From: Eledone cirrhosa
Lineage: Eukaryota
DNA length: 64,000 bases
Assembly (NCBI GenBank): GCA_964016885.1
Contig: OZ024740.1
Coordinates: 284,022,001 to 284,086,000, forward strand
Direction of reading: 5' to 3'
The notes under the pieces were generated by a model. It searched no databases. It was not told the origin of the DNA and worked only from the letters and a program-made list of their open reading frames with translations. How positions within the stretch are numbered: position 1 is the stretch's first letter; every line of letters starts with the position of its first letter. The position numbers were made by a program, and so were the translations under genes. Of the stretch, positions 11,172-23,600 are shown in pieces.

Positions 11172-13094
11172 CTGAAAATAACAAACATACCAAAAATAAA
11201 TATACAAAAATAAATTCATAAGAGATTGTAGGCGATCGATCGATCGAGCGGGCGGGCGAGTGAGTGTGTGAGAGAGAGAGAGAGGGGGGGGGGGAGAGAG
11301 AAAGAGAGGGGGATAGATAGAGAGATAGAGAGGGAGAGAGAGAGAATTTCGTTTTACATGTTTCTAAGCTATTATGATGTGTCTTCATTTTAACCCTTTA
11401 GCATTTAAACCAACCATATCCGACCAGAATTCTCTCCCCTCTTTTTGTTCAAACTGGCCGCTCATACTGCTGTTAAGGTATTGCTTTCAAAATAAAATAT
11501 ATCAAAATCTCATAGATTCCATATTATGTGAGATAAAGTATTTACTACAAAAGTACAATAGTATATATAGTGTATGTAAATGTTAAAGGGTTGAATAATT
11601 GTTTCTACTTTTGGCACAAGGCCAGCAATTATCCCAGTGTATTACTGGTACTTTATTTTATCGACTCCGTAAGGATGAAAGGCAAAGTTAACCTCGGTGG
11701 GATTTGAACTCAGATCATAAAGGGCTGTAACTCTTTGCTGCAAAGCATGGCGTCAGATCCTCTACCGATACTGCCAATCCACCACCCATTAAAGGGTTAA
11801 ATAATCCTAACTATTCATACATGAATTGGTGACGCTTGCAATTGTGAAATTAAAAAGATGTGTTCCTGCATATTTCCTTTAGTGAACGCTTCTATAGTGA
11901 CACAGGCCTATAGAGAAACATGAACACAGCACTATATGTTAATAAAACAGTTATTAACTACATAGTATAATAGAAGTGTGTATGATGTCATGTACAGTAT
12001 GTTTATGTATAATAAACATACATAAGTCTTGTTATGATTGTTTTAAGCAATGATTATGTCAAAACTATTATGAATCATGCTATGTTAGTGCTACTGCAAA
12101 TTACAATGTTTTTCAGCTGGAACACAAAACAAGAAAAACTAATTGGCTGTTATTACCTAAGATAACTTTGTTGAATCAAGAGATATTTCCAAAACTTTAG
12201 AAATATCTAAAGTGACCTAGATTGGATTTGAACACAGAATGTAAAATGGCTGTAATTAAATACAAGGTATTCTATTTGCCATTCTGCCAATTCTGTTAAT
12301 CTATCACCTCAAATATTTCTACATTTACATATAACATGCTATGTATGTAGTTTGATTTACCATATATACTTGAACATGTAACCGAAAAATCTATAGTAAA
12401 ATGGGGCTTGGCTTATATTTAAGATCAATATTTTGACGATTTTCACTAACTTCTAATTCTGTGTAAATAAGATGTTAAAATATCTGGAGTGCTTATTTCA
12501 CAATGAAACACTCTTTGTCCTGAGTTATATTTATGCATTGCCTTGAGAACATTCGCAACAAATTTTTATTACTAGAACTTTTCAATACATAAATATTCCT
12601 TACATGCACACCAACTTTTTTCTCTATGACGTCATCAAATTTTTACTTTCAATCTTATTTTATTTCATTTTGCTTGAACACACACACACACACACACACA
12701 CACTCTCTCTCGCTCTCTTTCTTTTTCGCCCTCTCTTTTTCTCACTCTGCCTTTCATCTCTTTCAGTTTATAAAACTTTATAAAATGGAAGAAATGGTAA
12801 AAAAGTAATTACATAGTGGATTTGTGAAACAAAAGCTATACTCTAAATGACACTTAAAATATTTTAAATATCAAATATTGAAACATCATAAATATTTTCT
12901 CCACTCATGAAAATTTCAAAACTGCACCATAATGTGTCAATTAGCTGCATTGGCTTATAAAGAAGGTGTGGATTTTTACCTATCTCTCAGGCATAAAATG
13001 TGTGTGTGTGTGTGGTGGGAGTGCGTGCTTATATTTGAGTATATATGGTACTTATTGACAGGCTAATAAAAATATGCTAAAAATGATTACTCAC

Positions 13095-13220
13095 TTCTGA
13101 AGAGGGTTCTTTTACAAAATTGTCCATGACCATAGCAATAATTAAATTTTTGATAAATATAATGAGAAGTGTAACAGGTAGCATATATAGTTCAAAGTTC
13201 CATACAACCAAAACATAAAC
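13095..13220 (-). CDS. MCTP: MCTP exon (first hydrophobic/transmembrane segment)
   Basis: CAG/GTGAGT, 126 nt, phase 0-0. VYVLVVWNFELYMLPVTLLIIFIKNLIIAMVMDNFVKEPSSE. Confidence 0.95.
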
Positions 13221-13325
13221 CTGTCAACAAAAAGATTAGAAACATAAGTATGATTTCAGATTCCCCATATCCATAACATGAAAGATATTATGACTGCTGT
13301 ATAATTGATTGATGTATATAGTGTG

Positions 13326-13595
13326 TGGAGGTGCGTGGCCTAGTGGTAAGGGTGTTGGACTTACGATCATAATGTTGTGGGTTTGATTCCTGGACTGGGT
13401 TGTGTGTTGTGTTCTTAAGCAAAACACTTCATTTCCCGTTGATCCAACATACTCAACTGAAAATGAGCTGGAGATTTAACCCTGCGATGGACTGGCATCC
13501 TGTCCAGAGGGGAGTCTTGTACTCTCAGTTGTTTCTCGCCATGAAACCGGGATAAGCACCAGCCTAACGAGCCTTCTGGCTTAAGACAGACTTTA
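13326..13595 (+). mobile_element. Second CORE-type SINE family (different tail)
   Basis: tRNA-like head GGAGGTGCGTGGCCTAGTGG..GGTTTGATTCC; sister copy at about 7223-7510. Confidence 0.8.
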
Positions 13596-14325
13596 TATAG
13601 TGTGTATAATTTGAAATTATTTAACCCCTTTGTTAACATATTTCTAATGAAATACATTGTATTTAAATTAATGATTGAAGAATTTGGAGCGAATTACAAA
13701 AGTTATTTCATTATGATATGATGGCATTTCTAACATAACATAACAAATGATTCTTATATAAAATGTTTGAAGATTTATTTTAAATAGGAATCCTTTAACC
13801 TTTAAAAAGGGTGGTTTTATTTCATAGAACCAGAGGCAGTTTTGGGTGAGTTGGCACCAAAAGTGTTAAATATCTACTAATATATAAAAGCCTTGTGTAT
13901 TTGTCCATCACACAATAGAGATGACAGAGAAAGGGGTGATTCCATCGACTGAGGATGGAAGGGGTGATGACATCTATGTGATGACTGAGGAAAGAGGGTG
14001 GGGGTGAGAAACTATAGAAGTCCAGCGTTCTAAGATTCGTCACAGATGTGTGTTTGTATTACTTGTTGAGTGAGTGTGAAGGAACTAACCAACAAACAAA
14101 CATCTCTTTTTTTATAATATGTATAGATAATACAATTAGCCATCATTTTTGATGGCACGGGGCCAGCTAGTATAATATAAAAAATGTGAATTGAGTGCAA
14201 CCAGTAAGATGTATTCCTAAGAAGCAAAGTAAGTATTGCTTGCCATATAAAAATGATTATTTATTGAATTATCTAACCTTTTAGGAGGTTTTCTGTTTCA
14301 CAATTTTGTAGACTACTAGACACAT

Positions 14326-14553
14326 TAACCCTTTAGCATTCAAACCGGCCATATCCGGCTAGATATGTTTCAACTCTTTCTGTTCAAAACAGTTGAAACT
14401 GGCCGCTTATACTGATGTTAAGGTATTGTTCTCAAAATAAATAACATCAAAATCTCATAGATTTGATATTGTGTGCGATAATTATGTAAGATAAAGTGTT
14501 TACTACAAAAATACAATTGTATATATAGAGTAATGTGCATGCTAAAGGGTTAA
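14326..14553 (+). mobile_element. piggyBac-type MITE
   Basis: TTAA CCCTTTAGCAT .. ATGCTAAAGGG TTAA. Copies at about 11390-11592, 15335-15683 (one nested inverted in another), 24396-24609, 61047-61294 and 61430-61573. Confidence 0.85.
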
Positions 14554-14988
14554 TATACTTGAATACTTAGATAATGGTTTCTAATTTAGACACAACGCCA
14601 ACAATTTTCATGGATGGTGAAATTTGATTGCTTAGGAAGCCTGCACAGTGCACTACATATACATGGAGTTCCACTGAAGCAGGTAGAGAAGTTCAAGTAT
14701 CTTGGGGCCATGTTCATGAGTGATGGAATGCAGGAGGCTGAATTAAATGCAAGAACTCCAGGAACAGGTGCAGTAATGAACCAGCCTCAGCATTCAGTAA
14801 TCAAAAGAAGAGAGGTTGGCATAAAAGCTAAACTCATTATCTTCAAATATTTTAATACAACTAAAAATAACTAATGTATACATTTTTTATATTGATGATT
14901 TTCAAAACAAAATTATTTAACCAAGAAATATTAATTAGATGCAAAACAGTTAATGAAAGAGCTGATTGTTTTAAAATAAATTACTTAC

Positions 14989-15108
14989 AATAAAGGCAGT
15001 GATACTCCGTGGTTTTGACTCGTAGTCAAAACAACTCTGAATAAACTTCCCAGTTTCAACAAAAGAAGATACAATCTGGGAGACTCGGTTGATATTTCTT
15101 TTCATTAC
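14989..15108 (-). CDS. MCTP: MCTP exon (pre-transmembrane helix)
   Basis: TAG/GTAAGT, 120 nt, phase 0-0. VMKRNINRVSQIVSSFVETGKFIQSCFDYESKPRSITAFI. Confidence 0.95.
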
Positions 15109-15862
15109 CTACAAATGGTAAAGAGAAACATAAAGCTACTTCCTGATAATCTAAACAGGATGGGGGAGAAAAAACTGTAATAACCCCTAGAAACTCAATG
15201 ATCATTGTTTAATGTAGTCCTTCTTACAGGTGTTTGATCTGTTGATTATATGTACTCAACTTTACCATTTGGCTAACATCATATAGATACCTTCTGATTT
15301 GCCAAACAAATTATGATGTGGTTCAAACAATGAATTAACCCTTTAGCATTTAAACCAGCCATATCCAGCTAGAATTTTCTCACCTCTTTCTGTTCAAAGT
15401 AGCTGTAACTGGCTGCTCAGATTGACATTAAGATATTGTTCTCAAAATAAATAAAATCAAAATCTTGTAGATTTGATCTTAACCCTTTAGCATTTACATT
15501 ACTCTATATTTACTATAGTATTTTTATGATAAAGGATTTATCTTACATGAGATTTTGATGTTATTCATTTTGAGAACAATACTTTAATGTTAGTATGAGT
15601 ACCCAGTTACAGCCGATTTGAACAGAAAAAGGTGAGAGAATTCTGGCCAGCCAGATATGCCGGTTTAAATGCTAAAGTGTTAAGTGAGATAATTATGTAA
15701 GATAAAGCCTTTGCCACAAAAATACAATAGTATATATAGAGTAATATATAATTATTTGAAATCAAATTTATACTATACAAATAATACTGTTAAATAAACG
15801 TTTTTAATCAAAATGTTATACATACACAAATATACATATAATGAAATAAGAATTCAACATAC

Positions 15863-15937
15863 TGAAATTTTAAATTTTTGTTCAGCTTGCATATATTTGT
15901 CTTCTTTTGGATTCACAGTACGAATAGCTGCTTTTAA
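15863..15937 (-). CDS. MCTP: MCTP exon (post-C2C region)
   Basis: CAG/GTATGT, 75 nt, phase 0-0. LKAAIRTVNPKEDKYMQAEQKFKIS. Confidence 0.94.
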
Positions 15938-16522
15938 CTGTCAACAAAATCAGATTAGATTTAAAGTTACATTTGATTTAATATAAAATTTTCTACAGAC
16001 ATCAATTTATAGAACTCTATGTTATTTATGTTGTTACTATCATTTTAACATCATCTAAAACAAGTCTTTCATACACTGTGTTGCTATTCTTATTAAATAA
16101 TTTCATCTGTGTTCATGAATTTACCTATTTATTGATATTTATTAGTCACTGCTGCTGGTGTTAATATAGTTTTGTTCCTTCAGCTTTAAATACAATGCAC
16201 ATTTGTTGTAGACACTAGCACACTACTAACAAAATTGAGCTGAATACAAAATTGAGCTGCTGTACTACACTGAATTGAACTGAGATAGAGGAAGCTGCAT
16301 TGAAATACTTGATTAAAGTATTTATTGATGTATAGAAAAAAAATGTTAATGGATGAATGTATATAAGATTATAATTCTAGGAAGTATTCAAATCTTTGGA
16401 GTAAAATTAAAAAAAAAATTTACATCTACACTGCTTCAATTAGTTTGATCTCTAAACTAAGGATATTAATGCTTTTATCTACAAAGGCATTGCCATATGA
16501 AACATTTAAATAGAAAGCTTAC

Positions 16523-16624
16523 ATGGTTAAATATAATGTCCATTTCTAATAATATCTTTCCTTTCTTCTTCCGTATCAATTTTTTATCTTTCAAAGCATA
16601 CCATTTTCTCTCTCCTGGTTTGAT
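16523..16624 (-). CDS. MCTP: MCTP exon (end of C2C)
   Basis: AAG/GTAAGC, 102 nt, phase 0-0. IKPGERKWYALKDKKLIRKKKGKILLEMDIIFNH. Confidence 0.94.
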
Positions 16625-16805
16625 CTTTTAAAATACAATAAAGTTAGGTATAAGACAAAAGGTAGATGAAGTATCAAGAAAGGATAAGTGTTATAACATT
16701 CATAACTAAGAAAATTAAATAAGCAGAGTTTAACATTTATTACAATAAATATACTAAGAGAATAATAATTCTATTATAAATGTATTTATGAGTGAATAAT
16801 AATAA

Positions 16806-18064
16806 TCTATATATCTAAAACAGAGAATGTCTGTCTGACTCCCTAAAACTCGAGAACCACCAATTTTTTTCAAACTTTACACATGTAATACTTATGGTCC
16901 TGTGAATGTTTTGAGCAAAAGAAATTTCAAAATTTCAATGCCTTAGGGACCGCATTAGGCGATTTAGCGATCTCTCTCTATAATTCTTAGTCTTTCTCTT
17001 TTTAGATAGATACATAGATATAACGTTGCGCCCTTATAATATCTGTCTGTATGTCTGACTGTCTGCATTACGACATTATGACGCAGTGTGTGTGTGTGTA
17101 TGTGTATATATATGTATATATAGTGTGTGTGTACATATATATATATATAGTGTGTAACGTTTTTCGAATTATTTACTTCTGAAATATTTACTTTCGAAAT
17201 ATTTACTTCTATATAAAACTCGAGAACCACCCAACCGATTGTTTTCAAACTTTACATATGTGAGTGTTTTGAGCAAAATATATTTCAAATTTTCAATGCC
17301 CTAGGGACCACATTAGGCGCCGGTTAGCGATCTCTGTCTTTCTTAGTCAGTCTTTTTAGATAGATACATAGCTATAATGTTGCGCCCTTATAATATCTGT
17401 CTGTATGTCTGGCTGTCTGCATTATGACATTATGACACTATCTGTGTGTGTGTATATGTATATATAGTGTGTGTATATATATATAGTGTGTAATGTTTTT
17501 CGAAATATTTACTTCTGTGTTCACAGATTGATTTTTTTAGTTTCAGAAGATCCTGTTAAGGGTGAAAGCAGCGATTCTTTTCTTAAACTTTAATCTGTTA
17601 TTTTAATATATATATATATATATAATTATATATTCGTGTACAGATATTTTTGCATACACAATAACAAAATATAAACAAACGTATTTATTTCACGAGACTC
17701 GATAAGGATAAATATATATCAAATACATAAGAACCCTAGAGCAAATATTGTTCTCATTGCTGACAAGGCAGAAGGGGATATACACGATTGGCTGAAGAAG
17801 GACGAGACTGTGTTAGTAGTACGACCAACGGCCACTATCACACCAATAGCAGCAAAAATAACAACAAAAAAGAGAGGGAACGCAATTACATGCTTTTAAA
17901 AAATCTTAATGGAAAATTATTTGCCTATTCACCCAAGGCGACTTCACTTTTTGTTAGGACTTCTGCATCAATTGGTGAACATATGACGAAACTGTTTCAG
18001 AAAGGAGGGATAACCATGCCAATCTATGTTTAGAATCCCGAGCAACGCCAGGCCATTCTGCTAG
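16806..18064 (+). mobile_element. Non-autonomous Helitron with internal duplication
   Basis: 5' TC (TCTATATATCTAAAAC), 3' CCCGAGCAACGCCAGG..CTAG, inserted between A and T with no TSD; about 370 nt internal duplication. Confidence 0.85.
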
Positions 18065-18102
18065 TATTATAATAATATCATAATATTATTAATATTATTT
18101 AA

Positions 18103-18434
18103 TGGAAGCACATGGCTTAGTGGTTAGAGCATTGGCCTTGCAATCGAAAGGTTGTGAGTTCAATTCTCAGACCAGGTGATGTGTTGTTTCCTTGAGCAAG
18201 ACACTTTATTTCACATTGCTCCAGTTTACTCAGCTGTAGAAATGAGATGATAGGGACTGGGGTCCCTATCATTCCACTGCAAAGTGGTCGTGGAGGTGCC
18301 ACGGCAAAAAAGCACCCAGCACTCACTGTAAATGAGGTTGGTGTTAGGAAGGGCATCCAGCTGTAGAAATCAAGCCAGAATCAGTTCCCGTCCCACCCTT
18401 GCAAGCAGGGAAAAGCAGACGTAAACATGATGAT
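18103..18434 (+). mobile_element. tRNA-derived CORE-type SINE with RTE-derived tail
   Basis: A box TGGCTTAGTGG, B box GAGTTCAATTC, CCTTGAGCAAG core, tail matching the RTE 3' UTR. Near-identical copies at about 528-837 (+), 5737-5996 (-) and 43533-43915 (+). Confidence 0.9.
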
Positions 18435-18954
18435 TCAGTTTGTTTACAAGTAAACAGCCTTATAAAACACTATGTGGTAGATGACACTGTCATCCTTTTG
18501 TTCTAGCAGTAGCTGAGAGAAAACAATTGACAATTGTTCTGGAGTGTCCTGCTCCTTGTCAAGATTGTGTATTTTCCTCACTTGCTACCCACTGGAACTG
18601 CTGAGAATACATAGTATTCTCAAATGTATACATTGGCTGATTAGCCTCATTTGCATACCGAGCGAAAACAAATTTTGTTTTTTAATTCTATTATAGTTTT
18701 GTTTAGAATTCTTGGTTTCATTATCATGAGACAACTGAACAAAACTAACCAAAAGACTCTTGAAAAGAAGATTGCAGGGTGTTCCTTTCAAACCGCAACA
18801 ATATTGATAGATGCGAATAGTGAAAAATATTTCACTTTGCATCATCTGTCTAACAAGTAACTATTTTCAAAAAGTTAAAATAAAGAAATTAAGACATGAC
18901 TTTAAAAAATCTTTACATAATTCAACTAAATTTTGAAATTGATATCATAAACAC

Positions 18955-19150
18955 ATGAGGGTGGGCTGAAAAGTTCATAGGCTGATTATGAAGGAGTGAT
19001 GGTAGAAATCTGTGAAATCTTGCATGCATTAATTTCCACTCTTCTTATTAATAATTGCATTGTTTCTTTCTGGGCAAACTGACACCTGACTGTTCAAAGA
19101 AGACTTCAAAAGTAATTAGTAGTGACTTCTCTTGAAAATGGACAAAATTT
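18955..19150 (+). mobile_element. Probable mariner-type terminal fragment
   Basis: Begins TGAGGGTGGGCTGAAAAGTTC, which resembles a mariner TIR; no partner TIR seen. Confidence 0.4.
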
Positions 19151-20563
19151 GTAAAAGAAAGTAACTTTTTGTCTGAGTAATGGTTCAACCCAAATATCAA
19201 TAACATTTGCCAATGGATTCAAGTAAATTAAGTCAGCAGTCCTTCTGAGGAAGGAGCCCCATGAGGTGGGATGGCTGTTGCAGCAGGTGTCGCTGCAACA
19301 GTTATTTCACTGTTTTACAAGACCTATGCCAAGTTATTTCACTGTTTTACAAGACCTATGCAAATATCTATTTGCAGTAATAGCTTTTCAAAGAAATTAA
19401 ATGGGCAGATTTAATCTACCAATCTTTAACCACAATTCCAATAAAGTTGCAATTGCTGGTTTCTAAAAGTGATGAAGAAATTACAGTAAAATAGTAAAAT
19501 AGTTTTTTAAAATAGGTTTTGTGGGTTTCAAATGAGGTGACTGAACTGATTTAGATAATAGTTGCAAAATAATAATTGAAGCTCTACAAAATACTGTCTG
19601 AGGACATATCAGCTAAAAAGGAGAAAAATTATGGATACATTTTGCATAATGAACATATTTGATTTTAAATTAATTTTACTAATAAAATGGAAAAGGCAGA
19701 TAGAGATAGTCGTGTAATTAAATTGTTTGTTTTATAACCACTTTGTTCCATTTTTAATCCTACTATGTGATACCATTGGGGAAAGTGTCTTCTACCATAA
19801 CCTCAAGTTACCTAAGCCTTGTAAGTGAAATTTGGTAGATGGTAACTGGCACATCAGAAGGACTGTATTTGTTTGTGGGTAGTAGATGTAATCCACTGCT
19901 CAATTTAAACCAGCCTCTGAATCCTTTAGTGAACTGTAAGCTGTTGCAAGTATTTGGGTTGAGATTTTGGTCTGAGAAAAGATCAATAACTTATGTGTGC
20001 TTCCTACTGCAGTAATCTATGAATTAAGATTGTATAGCTGTCAGTGTTAGTGACAAAAACTTTAGCACAATCTATTCTATTGCAAATATTTGGGTGAGGT
20101 ATCCAGTTTGATGATAACATATCTTCTTCCCACTCTCGGAAGACCTACAAAAAGGACTTTTGCATTGCCCTTTCTCTTCTGGCCAAGCCGCCATAAGAAA
20201 AACAAAAAATTAATTGAAATAATTTTATATTTAATATCCATTTTATAAGTTCACAACATATATTCCCCTAACTAGTAAGAAAATATCTGTATATTTTCAA
20301 GAAATTTTCTAGAAAACAGGTGAAGATTTTCTATTTATCATATAGCTATCAACATGAGTAACAGAACCTTTAGGAGAATCTTCTTTGTACCAAGTATTCG
20401 GGCAAGGCCTCTAGTCTTACGATAACTTCTTCCCAAATTCCCACCAGTCTCAGAGACCCCAATACAAGGACATTGGAGCTGCCATTATTTCTTCTAAGCC
20501 ATAATATATATATATATAATAGAGTGTTGTAATTTGCTTGAAGCATTGTTGAATAGGAAATAA

Positions 20564-20784
20564 AAATTTAAATAATTTTAAAAGCCATACAATACATTAG
20601 AAAATTAAAGTTGCCAAGATAACAATAGAATCTCACCTTAGCAAATTTAATAATCCCAAATATTTTCAGGTTTAAAAACCGATTATATTTGGGATTATTA
20701 AATTTGCTAAGGTAAGAGTCTATTGTTATCTTGGCAACTTTAATTTTCTAATGCATTGCATGGCTTTTAAAATTATTTAAATTT
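20564..20784. repeat. Fold-back with about 100 bp arms
   Basis: Arms 20564-20663 and 20685-20784 with few mismatches; TA tracts on both sides. Confidence 0.9.
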
Positions 20785-20969
20785 ATATATATATATTATG
20801 GCCTCAGCTGGATGGCTGGAACAGGTAAAAGAGTATATAACAGAAAAAAAAAACAATCAAGCATTCTAACCCATGAAAGATTTAAGCTATATTGTGTAAC
20901 AACCTTATTTACATATTAATTAAAAGTAGAATGAGGAAAGATTGAATTAGTAATACAAAATTATCTTAC

Positions 20970-21072
20970 TTTTAATAGAGGAATGCCTACTTTTCCAAGA
21001 AATTCAACCTTTTTATCTCTGTCTTCATCAAAAACTGTTATCTCTAATACAGAATGTAAATCTTTAATGTTA
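20970..21072 (-). CDS. MCTP: MCTP exon (C2C domain)
   Basis: CAG/GTAAGA, 103 nt, phase 2-0. [34 protein letters not shown]. Confidence 0.96.
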
Positions 21073-21204
21073 CTGAAATAAAACAAAAATGAAATGACTT
21101 TAGTATTTCTGAAACAAAATATGATTATTATTACATAACATTATCCAGAATGCATGTTTAAGAGACAGAATATAATATACTAGTAGGAATCAGTTACTAC
21201 TTAC

Positions 21205-21346
21205 AATGTAAAAATTTTGTTCCATTGGGGATTTAGTGTTTTATATTCAGTTTGTGTTTGCAGGCGAGAATTTACTAATTCAACAACACAGAATGGATCA
21301 CTTTTCCCACCAATATCAGCAGCTTGTAACCCTTGAGCTTTGAATA
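21205..21346 (-). CDS. MCTP: MCTP exon (C2C domain)
   Basis: TAG/GTAAGT, 142 nt, phase 1-2. (V)[46 protein letters not shown](F). Confidence 0.96.
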
Positions 21347-21488
21347 CTAAATAAGTAAGTAAAGAAAAAATAATTATTCAGTTTTACTTTGTTAGGTAGA
21401 ATGTAAAATATATTTACTTTTTAGATACCAAACCTCCTGAAACCATCTCTAGTTCTACAATAAAAAGCTGTTTGTTTTAAAATGTTTA

Positions 21489-21897
21489 TCTATATATCTA
21501 AAACAGAGAATGTCTGTCTGTCTGTCCGATCACTAAAACTCGAGAACCACCCAACCGATTGTTTTCAAACTTTACACATGTAATACTTATGGTCCTGTGA
21601 GTGTTTTGAGCAAAATATATTTCAAATTTTCAATGCCCTAGGGACCGCATTAGGCGATTTAGTGATCTCTCACTATAATTCTTAGTCTTTCTCTTTTTAG
21701 ATAGATACATAGATATAACGTTGTGCCCTTATAATTGTTTCTACTTTTGGCACAAGGCCACAATTACTGGTACTTTATTTTATCGACCCCGTAAGGATGA
21801 AAGGCAAAGTTAACCTCGGCGGGATTATAATATCTGTCTGTATGTCTGGCTGTCTGCATTACGACATTATGACGTGGTGTGTGTATCTATATATATA

Positions 21898-21974
<77 letters not shown>

Positions 21975-22264
21975 ATATAGTGTGTAACGTTTTTCGAAAT
22001 ATTTACTTCTGCGTTCACAGATTGATTTTTTTAGTTTCAGAAGATCCCGTTAAGGGTGAAAGCAACGATTCTTTGCTTAAACTTTAATCTGTTATTTTAA
22101 TATATATATATATAATTATATATTCGTATACAGATATTTTTGCATACACAATAACAAAATATAAACAAACATATTTATTTCACGAGGCTCGATAAGGATA
22201 AATATATATCAAATATATAAGAATCTTAGAGTAAATCTCGAGCAACACTGAGCCATTCTGCTAG
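21489..22264 (+). mobile_element. Non-autonomous Helitron (same family) with nested SINE fragment
   Basis: Same 5' TC and 3' CTAG ends and A|T site; SINE tail at about 21736-21824 flanked by duplicated TTATAAT. Confidence 0.85.
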
Positions 22265-22577
22265 TATTTATCTAAAATCTTTCCATCATAATAATTTTAT
22301 GTAAGAGCTTTTGTTAATTTGTTTCAAATACCAGAACAAAAAAGTTAGTTATGTTATGAAAGTCCTTCAAATTCTTGATTATTTTCACATTACAGGCAGT
22401 GTCTTTCATTAGAAATATGGTAATGGAAGGGTTAAGAAACAAAAACGACCCCTACATAACTGAAAATATGATTTAACATTTTATTTCTTATACATTTCTA
22501 TAAAACTCATTTTTCTTTTATTCTTTACTCTTTTACAGGTTTCATCCACTGGGCTGGAATACCACCTTCAACGGTTT

Positions 22578-22660
22578 TTAGTTAAGTATATCAACCTTAG
22601 TTAAGTATATCAACCTTTAGTTAAGTATATCAACCTTTAGTTAAGTATATCAACCTTTAG
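22578..22660. repeat. 20-21 bp tandem repeat, 4 copies
   Basis: TAGTTAAGTATATCAACCTT(T) repeated. Confidence 0.9.
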
Positions 22661-23545
22661 TCTGGTGCTCATTTTATGGATCTAAGAAAATAATGAATGG
22701 CTATGCTGACCTGAGTTACATCCCTTAGAAAGTAACTTTCCTTTTACAGATTTAAACAATATAATGTATTTACACCAGTTTACACTATTATACACAGAAC
22801 ATGCACGTACATACACAATAAGTCTTGGCACAGTTTTCATCCACTTAATTTCATTCACAAGGCATTAGTTAATCTGAAGCTATGGTGGAAAACATTCGTC
22901 CAAAGTGCTGCAGAGTGACATTGAACCTGGAACCACACACAGCCAACCCTCTGGCCATCTGTGCATACATCTGTGTACACTGCTTGCCAGACATAGAGTT
23001 GAGAGTATTCTTCGGTTGTGTCATAGACATGTCCTCCCTAGTGTTGGTGATTTACACAATAAACACACCCAGTACACTCTATAAAGTGGTTAGTGATAGG
23101 AAGGGTATCTAACCATAGAAAATTTGCCAAAGAGTCTGCGGAAACTCTTCAGCTGTGCCATAGACATGACAACCTCCATAATGTTGGTGATCTACACAAT
23201 AAATGATCACCTAGTACACACACATATAAAGTGGCTGGTAATAGGAAGGACATCCAGCCATAGAAAACCTGCCAAACAAAAGGTCAGGAAGATTCTTCAT
23301 CTATGCTAAGGACATGATAACTTCCAAAGTGCTGGTGTCACAATAAAATGCATGCAGTAGAGCACAGGATCGTATGTTCAGCCACTGGCCCACCTAAAGG
23401 TCAGAGACTCTACTTGAGTACTGGCCGGTCTGTGATAACATGTTCAACTCTTGCTAGCACGGAAAAAGGACAATGAGGATGATGGTATGTAAGAGTCATG
23501 CTTCAGAGTTGGAACAATTAGCAAAAATTACCAAAACCAACTTGC

Positions 23546-23600
23546 CTTTCACTTGGAGCCAGCCAACATCTTTAAAATTAGTTATAGATTTCAACAAGCC
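23546..23600 (-). CDS. MCTP: MCTP exon (start of C2C), followed by a GC-AG intron
   Basis: TAG acceptor, AAG|GCAAGT donor, 55 nt, phase 0-1. GLLKSITNFKDVGWLQVK(V). Exactly bridges the phases of the two neighbouring exons. Confidence 0.92.

Noticed and set aside
18103-18175. tRNA-like sequence with A and B boxes
   Set aside because: It continues into a SINE core and LINE-derived tail with no proper acceptor stem or terminator, so it is a SINE head, not a tRNA gene.
23525-23541. GT donors just downstream of the GC donor
   Set aside because: They give phase 0 or 2, while the next exon needs phase 1.
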